The position numbers and the translations under genes are program-made. Shown here one piece after another: positions 33,601 through 45,600 of a stretch of 64,000 nt of DNA (positions within the stretch are counted from its first letter, which is position 1; the number at the start of each line of letters is the position of its first letter). Where the stretch lies: contig SMSO01000031.1 of the NCBI GenBank assembly GCA_004764695.1, positions 410,436 through 474,435 of the forward strand, in the 5' to 3' direction. Source of the DNA: Schizochytrium sp. TIO01. Lineage: Eukaryota; Protista; Bigyra: Labyrinthulomycetes. The notes under the pieces are model-generated. The model searched no databases, was not told the origin of the DNA, and worked only from the letters and a program-made list of their open reading frames with translations.

Positions 33601-36600
33601 TAGACCAAGAGACACTAGTAGGCGGAAAGGTTTTCTCTCTCTACCTTTCCTCTAATCTTCAAGACTGGACTGCAGTCCCACATGTAATAACTGTTGCTCC
33701 AAGTCTTTCCGTCAATGATTTAAAGCCAGATCGTGTCGATGCCCACGGGGATACAATTGTTAGCCTTTTGGGGACTGATTTTGCTATGGCCTCAAAGATC
33801 TCTTGTCGGTTTGGCCTCAACACCACAAGTGATGCGATATGGGTGTCTGATTCCGAAATCAGATGCCTATTTAAACAAGCAGACAAGTCTCTTTATGCAG
33901 TGGGTGAGGTGCTCCCTGTTTATATATCTGTCGATGGTGTATTTTTCAGAGATACGGGAAAAGCTATCGCCATTCACTCGGTGGTGCAGGTCTTTAGTAT
34001 ATCTCCTGCTAGAGGTGAAGTCAACCGTGTACATCAAATCAGTGTTCAGGGACAGAACTTCGATTTTTTAGACCCAAATAATGTGTTCTGTATTGCATCG
34101 CATCCGCGCTCATCATTGAAGGGTGAAGATGTGGTGACACCGACGATCAAAATGCATGCGCATATTGTTTCTAGTGAAGAGATTTTGTGCGAGAGCATTG
34201 CTGCTACTACAGCAATGGCTTATGACTTCCACCTTGTGACCAATGGAAGAGATCGCGCTTTTTCCTCGCACCCTTTAAAATGGACATTATTACACCCACC
34301 GGTGATTACTAATATCATGCCTGTAGCTGGGTCTACTGCAGGAGGAACACAAGTGACTATTTTTGGTACAGGATTCTCCATTACCGAGCAAATGAAGTGC
34401 ACCTTTGGAGTGCATGGTGAAGTAGCAGCCTCGTTTGTCACTGAAAACGTCCTCACGTGTCAGACTCCAGCAATTCCAAAGTCCTCTGCAGGTCCACTTC
34501 AAGTTACAGTTGCATCTTCGGATAGCGCAATTATGGCTAGAGGATCTCCCATGTATAGATACCTGGTAGTTCCGATCGCAGATAGTGTTCTCCCTTCAGG
34601 TGTTTTTGCAGGATCTTCCGTGTTGCCTGTTATCATCTCGGGAAAAGACTTTGTTGATACAGAGACGGCTTCTTGTCATTGGTTCACGGAGCAAAGTGCA
34701 ACTATGATCTCCACTAAAGCAACGTTTTTAGATGAGACACGCATTGCATGCAACATTCCTGCTACTAACCGCCCGGGACTACTACGAGTTGTTCCCACTA
34801 ATGACGGACACTCGGGACTTCTTCCATTAACTATGGAGGTTTTTGATGTTCCACGGTGCAGTGGTGTCTCTCCAACCCAGCTGACGGCAAGACAGCATCC
34901 AACTACAATTCAAATGAATTTTGAGCGTCCTCTTGGAGAAGAGATTAGAAACAGTGGTATGGTATTTACATGTCACATCCGAAATGCAATTGAGCAAGAT
35001 TTGCAGGAAATAGTCTTCTCCGCTCGTTTAAGTGTTGACGGATCTTCCATTGAATGTCTCGGGGTATCTCTTAGTCATGAAGGGCGCTTTCACATCGAAA
35101 TTACCGCCAACGAAGCCATCATACCCGGGCTTTGTGACCGAGATCTCGATGTGGTGAGCTCGGCAACAATTTATTCGGCAACATGGACTGTGCCTTTTGT
35201 TGGGGGGGCGGATATTCGAATCGAAGGAACTGGTCTTGAGAATTTCCCCAAGCCACTCCGATGCATCTTCGGAGACATTGATTCTGGGCAGCCTAAGGAG
35301 CATACTGAGGATGTCATTATTTGCGTTGCCCCGCCTATGGAATCGCCAACTCAGGTCAGCCTACAACTGGTCGACAGCCGGGACTATATTCAGACGACTG
35401 AAATCGTGGTCAAATATGTAGAGCCCGTAGTTATTGCAGAAATTAAGCCGACCCTGGTTCCTGAGTCTGGTGGAACAAAGGTCTATGTCCGTCTCGAAAG
35501 ACCTTCCAGATTACTTTACGGAAGCCTTCACTGTAGATTTGGAACCATTCTTGTTGAAGCAATCATTGAACAGAATGATCTTCTCTCGTGCATAGCTCCA
35601 CGCATAACACCTAGTCGTGTTAACTTTGGTATATTGGTTGGTGAGAATGACTTTGCTGCAGCTGAAGATTCAATAACATTTATTCCGCATATCGCCATTA
35701 CATCTACTAGCCCTGCTGCTGGTATTTCGTATGGAGGAACATCTGTGACCATTCGGGGCACTGGGTTCTCTAGCTTAGGATCTCTTTATTGTGCCTTTGG
35801 CAAACTTCCTGCAACACCAGCAGAAGTAGCCGATGCAGAGACCGTTCTTTGCACAACACCCTCTGCTTTGTCCTTAGTACAAAATGAAGATGAGCCTCGC
35901 TCTGTAGACTTCCAGCTGCTAGGTGGAGAGGGGGTCAATGTTATCGTTGCTGAAGTCAAAAGCGCTTTCAGTTTTTATTCTTCACCCCAAATTGATGACT
36001 TATACCCCACTCTTATTCCGAAATCTAGTGGGGCTATGGTATCGATTTATGGTAGTCGAATGCCACAATTTGGAGAGGTTCAGTGCCGACTTACTCAATT
36101 GGGTTCAGCAACACTGCATCCTGCTATTCAGATGTCAGCCAACCAGGTTGACTGTATGTTGAATGTTGGTCTTCTTGAAGTCGGGGAGTCAACTGTGGAG
36201 GTTAGCTTTGATAGCAGCTATTACTTCCGGGCTGGAAAAATTATTATGCATTCTCCTATTGAACTTGAAGCAGTTCATCCTCTAAGAATTTCTTCTGCTG
36301 GAGGCGACCCAGTTATAATTCGTGGAAGCAACTTCGTCCGTGGCAGTGAGCTGCAGTGCAGATTTGGCGTGCGAGATATGGTACCGGCTGAATTTTTTGA
36401 TTCTTCAACAATCCAGTGTCGTTCTCCACCCGGCCTTCCAGGCCCAGCTATGCTAGCAGTGTCTAATAATGGACGCGATTTCTCTTCACTGGGAAAGTCC
36501 ACTTACGTTGAATATGCTCCTCTTCTTGCTGTTGATAGCATTGAACCTCGCACTGGATCTCGGAGTGGTGGAACCAAAATTTTGGTTCGTGGCAATCACT

Positions 36601-39600
36601 TTGATTCTTCAGGCCTCGTCTTCTGTCGATTCCAAGGCCCAGAAAAGGATGAGTTTGCTTTAGTCCCAGCGAATGTTACATCGCCTACTGAACTCCAATG
36701 CAGAAGCCCAGCATGGACTGAATATGATACATCTAGTGTGGTTTTTGATGTAATCAAGTCTTCAGAATGGGGTTTTACAGAAAATTATGCTGAATTTCGC
36801 GACGCAACATTTTTGGCAGCAACCACTTTGCACTTTACTTTCCATTTAGATGCTCAAATTGGTAATATAGTACCAGGGTTTGGCCCTGAGTCAGGAGGGA
36901 CTTCTTTGCAAGTTGCCGGTGCCGATTTTGTCGCCTCTACCAGCTTGCAATGTATCTTTAACTCTCAGGTTTGGATCCCTGCCACATTTGCCAGCTCGTC
37001 TCTCATTTTTTGCTCTGTTCCGAGCATCGAAAGTCTCAGTATGGTGGAGAACAAAGGAATCAGTGTTCAAGTAACAAATGATGGGGTCTCTCTGTCATCT
37101 GCTCTTCAATTTTCATATGCAGCGTCAATTGAAACTACTCAGGTTTACCCTTCATACGTGTCTGCACAAGGGTCCGCTTCAATAACGATTGTTGGCTCTG
37201 GCTTTATGGACTCCGAGCATCTACAGTGTCGTGTTGGATTCCTTCCACCTACGCACTTTCAAGCTATTTTTCTAGACCCGCACCGTATTCGATGCATGTG
37301 GGATCAAACCCTTATCCCAGGAAAGTATGAAGTATTTGTCTCAAACAACGCTGTGGACTTCGAAGCAACTACCTTTACTATTGAAGCAACCATTGACCAA
37401 CCAATGCTACAGCGCACCTATATCTCTTCGAGTGGAGGCGATGAACTTCTTGTCGGCCCCTTCCAGACTGCACGTATTCAAAATGCTGAAAATTTATCCT
37501 GCCAAATTGGTAATGACCGTGTACCTGGTTTAGTGAACAGTGATTATGTGCAATGCTCTGCTCCGCCGTTTCTTGACTTCGGCTGGAAGACAGTTACGAT
37601 ACTTGCCATTTATGATGGCAGCGGTGAAGACTATGACATCCTTTGGCAACGTGATGATGTTGTGTTTGTTCATGCTCCACTGGAGATTAAGCAGATTCAG
37701 CCGCATTCACTGAGCTGGGCTCGCTCTACACAAACTAGGCTTTTCCTTACGGCTGACATTCCTAGTGAAATTTCTGAATATGTCAGCGCTGAAATTTCGT
37801 ACCCTAATGGAATCACCCGAATTCTTGAAGTCTCGAAATTGACCAGTAGCGAGCTTCTTGTGGATGTTCCACCAGCAACCGATTTATACATGGACAGTGA
37901 AGATCTAGGTCGATCCCAAGCACCTTTGATGGTAGGGATTCGCTTGCTCGTCAATGGTTTTGGGAATGAAGTATCGTTTATTGGGCGTGCTGCTCATCGT
38001 TCAGACCTGTTAATTGTAGCAATGCAACCTACTGTCCTTGTATCAGGAGGACGTGTTAACACCCCCATTGTTCTAACTGTCGATACAGATTTTCTTGTAA
38101 GTGACGACTCAGACATCATGTGCCGATTTGGTGTCCAGCATGTCCAAGGTACACGTCTCGGACATTCTCAACTGGTATGTGATGCTCCTCGAAATGTTGC
38201 AGTTGGTTCATTTCTTTCCTTAGAAGTCAGTATCGACGGTGCGCAGTTTACCGATAGTGGCTTTGAGTTAGAATATATTGGAAATCTTGAGATAATGTCT
38301 CTTGAACCTGAGTTTGTACCACAAGGTGGATCGATTATTCAAATTCATGGTGAAGAATTTCCGGTGTTTCGTGACTTGCTTTGTCGTTTTAGATCAGGCC
38401 CCTACACAAAGGTGACTAATGGTTTTCGCCAAAGTGAAAAGGTCATTACGTGTCTAACGCCAGCACAATTTGAGCTTAGCTCATCTTATTCAAGTGTGTC
38501 TGTGGATCTTGTCCTTCCAACTGCATTGCCCGGCGTATATATCGAACTCTTGCAGTCAAGCACCACTCATGAATTTGCGTATATCAGTAACATTGAAGTT
38601 ACGGACGTAACACCGCGAGCTGGCCCTGCACGTGGCGGAACACTTGCTTACATTCGCGGCAATGGATTTTCGGACCTTCACTCGCTTGTTTGTGGATTTT
38701 CACTCAAATCGGCTGATCATACTTTTGCAAAGGGGACCTTTGGGAAAGGCGTCACTGTGACCACGACTGCGGAGTTCATTTCAAGCAACGAAGTGCGTTG
38801 CGAGATCCCTGCCGTCGATGAACTCGCTGTTGGCCAGGGCTCAAGTAAGCAAATTGAAATAAGTGTCTCCTCTAACGGAGCGGACTTCTCTCAAGCATTT
38901 GTGATATTTCGTTACGAACCAATTGCAACAATATCTCGACTTTCTCCAAGCCATGGTCCTTGCGAGGAAGGAGTTCTTGTTACTGTATTTGGAAATAATT
39001 TCGAAGATTCAGCAAATTTGCAATGCCGGTTTGGAATGTCTGCTCCATCCAAAGCTGTTTTTATTTCCTCTGAGGAGATTCGTTGTTTGACGCCACGCCC
39101 TCTTCACCAAGGCCCTGTGGCATTAGAGGTTACCAATAATGGGGTAGATTACTCTGCAGATGTTGTGTTGTATTCATTCATGGAGAGACCTCTAATTTAC
39201 CACATTGAGCCCACATTTGGACCTGTTACTGGAGGTACAAAAGTTAAAGTGTTTGGAGCTAACTTTAAGGAAGGGACAACATGCCAGTTTGGTATCGTCA
39301 CTATCCCTGTCTCGCGGTTGTTGAGCAGTAATGAAGTAGAATGCGAAGTGCCGTCCTTAGAAATTAACTTCAGTGACGAGTCTTTGATTGTCAACGTTTC
39401 CGTACATGACGCGGCTAGGGCACCAAAATGAAGGCATAGTGGCTTCTTGGGATGCAACCTATGCCTATGGCCTTTCTACAGTAAATTATAGATATATGCC
39501 AGAACTTGAGCTCAACAGCATCTATCCTCCTCAAGGGCCGATTTCTGGAGGGACCCGTGTTCTGCTTAGCTTCACAACTTTTGCAACAGTTGGCTCTGTA

Positions 39601-42600
39601 CGTACCACTGGGTTTTGTAAGTTTTTTGTAGAGGGCACAGAAGAAAATCTACTTTCTTCTGCTACACTGGTATCTGAAGACTTAATTGAGTGTGTAACCC
39701 CAGCTCTATCAAGGTCCTTTGGAAAACGTTTCCATGCCCAAGTTACAGTAACCTTCAATGGCCAGGACTTTGCAAATCAAGGACTTTCTTTCCTTTATGT
39801 GGCAAACCCTCAGCCGCAACGACTTTCCAACACACGGGGGCCTGCTCACGGTGGGGTCGCTTTGAGAATTTTCGGAGAAAACTTTATTCGGTCCCCTCTC
39901 ACGGCGTGTCAGATTGAGAAGGATGTTGTTCAGGCTAGCTATATTTCTCCCGATGGAAGTTTTATGGATTGTATTACTCCAGTGAACCAAAGAGAACGCA
40001 ATGAGATTCAAGAAATTCATGTTTCGACCAGCGAGTCTCCGAAACGAACGACATATGAAATCGACATTTCATCACTTCCTACGCAGTCCGAGATTCACTT
40101 CCTCACATTCAATGCAAGTGGGTCAGACCCTCTTACAGGAGCTGTTGCTGAGATTCAACATATTCAGTCAAACGCATCAACCGTGCTTCATGGCACTTTT
40201 ACGATGTCTTTTCGTAACGAAACTACCGAGGCTTTGCCTTTTGATGTTTCTGCCAACGGCATGGCAGCTGCCTTGAATGCACTGAATTCAATTGATGGGG
40301 CAACAGTCTCTCGTACTGTTGATGATGAAGGATTTCACTGGTACGTCACATTTCATGGAAATGCTGGTGACTTGGAGCTGTTAGTCGCGAACCATTCGAA
40401 ATTGCACAGCATTGCTTCTGATGATGCAACGGTTTATGTCTCTTCTATTAGAAATGGAAGCTCTGTGGCAATTTCGTCAGGCTCGTTTACGCTGGCTATC
40501 GAAAACACCGTTGTTGAGTTGGCTTATGATGTGGACGCAACTGAGATGAAAGAAGCACTGGACTCGCTGTATGGAATTTCGGGAATCCAAGTCACACGTT
40601 CTGCCAGTTCTGACCTCAACGGCGCTTTCGCCTGGTTTATCACATTTCCTGGGACTTCACCGTATTCACTTGCGGTTGCAAACGTTTCAGGATTGCTTCC
40701 GGCCACAGCCGTAAAACCATTTCAGGAGAGAATTCAGCTGGGAAGTACAATCGGGGGAAATTTTACGCTTTCCTTTGCTGACAAAGAAACGTACCCCATT
40801 GAGCTTTTTTCCAACGCTTTTACAATTTCAAATGTCATTTGGCAAGACCTTGGCCTGAATGTTACTCTTGAAGAATCCGTCGAAAATTCTTCTTTGTGGG
40901 TGAAGAAGATGACGGTAACTTTTGATGACATTCCTGGTGTGCCAAATGACCTTTCTGTAAATATTTCGGGTGTCACGGGCACTCTTTCAGAGGTTTCAAC
41001 TAGGCTTATACAGCATGGAGTTCAGGAACTATATGGCTCTTTCAAATTAAGCTTCGAAGGAGAATCAACCGATTCGTTGAGCTTTGATGTAAATGCTACA
41101 GAACTAAAATCTGCATTGGAGGGCCTCGCAACGATCGGGTCTGTGAATGTATTAGAAGAGAGCCGCACAGTGTCTGATGTGCGATGGCGTGTGACTTTCA
41201 CCTCGCATGGTTCTCCTTCAAACATTGGCCCCCTTAACAAGCTTCAAGCAAACTCTGATCGTGGGATCGGAACAGGCTTTTTCCTTCGCACATACAAAAT
41301 TCAAGAGGGCTGTTGCTCTGTTCGAGTCACGATCGACGGACAGCAATATTCACCGCCTCTGAGCTATCGTTATGATTATAAACCTTCTGTGGACCACGTC
41401 AGTCCAATGTTTGGAAGCCTGAATGGCGGGACGGTTCTTCACGTGAAAGGTTCGGGCTTTTATGAGGCAGCAACAATTGCATGTGTCTTCCAAGGTGACG
41501 TCGAAACCCCTGCAAAATATGTCAACGAAACAACGATTACATGCCATAGCCCTCCATACATTGCTTTTCGGGAAGTTCCTGAGCAAGGCAATGTTTCTGT
41601 AACGGTTCGCTATCCTATGTTTTCATCTGATTCACAAGACTCAAATACGCAGGCTAGTTTTAAATACTCTTCACGTCTGCGCATCGACCATATCGTGCCA
41701 GACCGCGGTCTAAGTAGAGGCGGCCTAGTTGCCGAAGTTTTTCTGGAGCATGATGTTGATGAGTCAGAGTTGGAAAGTGCATGGTGCATTTTCGCAAGTA
41801 CTTCGAATGACAAATTATTTACGAAAGCAAACTATTCTACCGAGGAGAGTGTAACGTGTGTGACACCCCCGCACGAAGCAGGTAGTGTGAGCGTATATAT
41901 TACGCTGAACAATCAAGACATTTCAGAAAATGCAGCGAGTTATCAATATGAGGAGCCGCTTAATCTTGAATACCTAAGTGTAATCGCGGGTCCTCGCGGA
42001 GGTGGTACACCTATTCGGCTTATCAGTAGTGAGATTCCGCGCACTGAAGGGTTGGGCTGTGATTTTGGAGCTCGAGGTATTGTTCCTGCCCAGTGGTTGA
42101 ATGAAAATCAAGTGGAGTGCATTGTACCACCTCTTTCGTTGGAAGAAACTGTTTTATCTGGTGATATCGAAACGCTTCTACTCCACACTACAAGCCGCTC
42201 GGAAGATTTGAATTTTGGTGCTAACGCTTCATTTAGTATGGAGAGTACCTATGAAACAATTCTTTTATCAGTCTCTGCAGCAACAAACTGCTCAGTCTTA
42301 GACATAGAGAAGTCATTCTACAACGGAACAGAAAGAAGTTGGCTTATTCGTACAAGCTGCCTAGAGGCCATCAAGCAAAGCGCATCTAGTGAACTGTATT
42401 TCACGGACTTATTTGACAGCTCTATCGTGGTTGCTTTGACAACTAACAATGTGGAATTTTCGAATCCGTTACTCTTCGAAGTATTTGATTCTCCCTCTGT
42501 ACTACAGGTTGTTCCTCTGTCAGCTCCTCTGCGCGGGGGTACTCTTGTAAAGATAGAACTAGACCTGAATGCGACAGCATTAGATGTATCCTGCTGGTTC

Positions 42601-45600
42601 GGTGCACACATGGTGAGTGCTGATGTTTTCCATGATGGATTTCAGGTTGAGTGCCTCACGCCACTCGTTGAACTTCCTCAACAAGTCCCCCTTCAAGTTT
42701 CGGCCAACACTGGTATAGACTTTTTTGAGGGAACATTTACTTTTGAATTTGTGAACACTCTTCCAGCAGAGATTCTTGAGATTGAGCCTCGGTTTGGGCC
42801 TGCATCGGGAGGTACATTACTTACATTGTATGGTGAGGCACTTGATGGACTTGATCTCGACGACCAGGATATTTTCTGTTTGTTTACGAATCCGATTGAT
42901 ACTCAAGTTGTCGACACTACTGCTACTCTTCTTATGCCGTCTGGATCTGTACAATGTCTCACACCATCGCAAAACAATTTCTCTGCGACCCAACCCAAAT
43001 ATGTATCGCTTGATATTGGCGTTGGTGAACAGCGACAAGTTCTCACAGCATCTCATGTAAAATTCACTTTTGATGAAGATATTGTGCTGCAAGCAATTGA
43101 TCCGCCTTATGGACTTCGCTTTGGCGGCTCGGATATTCTTGTTCACGCTGGACCTGTGCCTGCATCTCGCCAGTATGTGGATGGCCAGCTTCTGTGTCAG
43201 ATTGGCAATCAAGTGGTCGATGCAAAACTCCTTCAACCTGGAGATATTGCTCTTCTGAGCTGTCCAGTTCCTAGGCTTGAACCTGAAAAACAAATCGAAA
43301 GCTTTGGGTTTTCAGGCTCTGAACCACATCCCCGGGTGGAGAGGATTCAGGTCACCTCGTCAGCACCAACTAAAGAGGTTGGCAGAATTGACTTTGTGGC
43401 AAGTGATTTTGAAAAGGATGTTCAAAATGTTACTCTACTTGGGGGAGATGCAACTATCTATGAGCTTTCAACAACATTAGAACCTTCCAACCGAGCACAG
43501 GTCGTCTCTATTTCTACGAGCTCAAGCGCCCTTTATCCTGAAACCCATTCAATCACTGTGCAAGCTGACCTTGAAGTTCAACAAACTACGGCCAGAGTTA
43601 TTCTAGATGTTCAAGCATCAGCTGAAGTACACCAAGTTCAACGCATTTCAGTTTCTGCTGCGCAGAATCTTGACGGGAGCTTTACTTTAAGCTACCAGAA
43701 CGTCTCAACCGGCAACATTCTTGTAAGTAGCAGCGCAACCGACCTGGAAAATGCACTTTCGCACATCGTAAGTGTGACGGTCTCTCTCGATAACGATTAC
43801 GATGTTTCAGGTATTCGTCACGCATGGTTAGTGACTTTTCCCATCGAAGAAGCAAACCCAGATCTTCTTGCGCTTGATGATAGTAACTTAGAAGGTGAGG
43901 ACCACAGTTTTATAGTTGAAGAGATTACCCCCCAAGCACTCTGTGAAGTTCAGACTATCAAAATCAACAAAGCAGCAAATGGCATCACGGTATCTTATCA
44001 TGGATTTGAAAGTTCTCTTTCTCTCGCAAACTCCGATATTTCCGATTCTAGTAAAGTTGAAACATGGATAGAAAGTATCCCGGCTTTTGGTGAAGGAAGT
44101 GTTTCTGTCAGTCAAGAACAAGAAGAAACTACATTTGTGGTTTATCAAGTATCTTTTGAGGGAATTAATGGTGACCTAGATTTGTTAGAGCTCTCCGACG
44201 AAGATTCTTTAGTTCTGCAAAACCGCAACGGAACAAGTATTCATGTACATGGTTTTCTGAATGTTGATGTCTACACTGAAACTGGGTATAGCGCTCTGGT
44301 GAGCATGGATCTTTCAACAGTACGAGAAGATGACCTTGTACGCACTCTCACTTCTCAATTTAATGGATATGATGAAAGCCTCTTCTCTTTGCGTATAGAC
44401 CGAAGTACGCCTTCAAACGGGAATAATGGAGCTAGAACATATATAATGACTTTGCCACCATACTTCGAGGTGAAAAAGTCTGCTGTAGACCAGCTTGTTG
44501 GTACTAATACAACCGTTTCTGTCGCGTCATCCAATGGACTTGATACAGCGAGTGGATATTTCACCGTTCAGCTCCAAATGGGAGCAAATGGAGGATTGAC
44601 TGCTTCATCTTCCCCTATCGCATTTAATGCATCCGCAAACGAACTAGAGGATGCGCTTCATAGCTTAGGGCTATCTTTTCCACCGGCCGAAGTTAACCTT
44701 GTAGACTCTGGGCCATTTACTTACTCCTGGCTTATCAAACTCTCAGGACCTCCCAAGAATGCTTCCAACGGCGACCCGGAGTACTTTGTAACGAATGGTG
44801 CGTCCCTGAATGGCTTCTCGGTATCTACAAAGAAAGAACGCAGCGCACGATTAAACGAAATTCAAACCATTCGAACAACGACGTCGTCCGGGTTGGGGCG
44901 TATAACAGGAGTTTTTGGAATCTCTTTGGGCACAGTTTACGGAAAGGTCCGCGGTATTCCCTGCGATGCAACTGAGGAATATGTTCGTGATGCCATTCAT
45001 GATCAAGCTCCTGAGACGGGGTTAGTTACCGTCACTCGAGAAGACATAGGAACATTTGAATATGCTTGGACAATTACATTCGTAGAGCTTGCTGGCGACC
45101 TACCAATGCTTTCAGTAGACAGTTCTAAACTTTATTCGACCCTGCCTGGAGATGATGCATTCTTGGAGGTTAAAGAAGTTCAGAAAGGCGATGGTGGCCC
45201 CCTCGATGGGTTTTTCCTTCTACGTTGTACCTCATGTGGGCAAGTTGTACAAGAAACTAAGGTCCCATACGATGCCTCGGCGACTGAAATGCAGACGTTG
45301 GTGAATAGTTTACTTTCTCAAGGTGGAAACGCTTCAAGTGTTGACTCAGTGGAGGTCTCTTCTGAAGATCTTAATGGAGCTCGCACATGGACGATTTATT
45401 TTGCGGCGTTGAAAGATGACCCTTTACCACCGACGCTTGAAGTACGCATGGGTGGTCTACAAGGCTCTGGTGCGGACGTCTCGCTTAAGTACGCAAGCTC
45501 TCCTAGCATTGCTGAGATCCAATCTATTCATTTAATACCCTCCCTATCTGATACGATTACCTGTTTTGCTTCTGGAAACGAGTTCAATTTATCTTATGGA

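Noticed and set aside
24645-39406. Shared CGTACA hexamer at both frameshift junctions as a recombination or recoding signal
   Set aside because: A shared 6-mer between two ~50-nt windows is expected by chance, and deletion between the copies would be out of frame.
39373-39481. 109-nt intron explaining frameshift 2
   Set aside because: It restores the frame, but the donor (GTGACG) is weak, there is no CTAAC branch point, and it removes the conserved V.VSV strand. Not fully excluded without RNA-seq.
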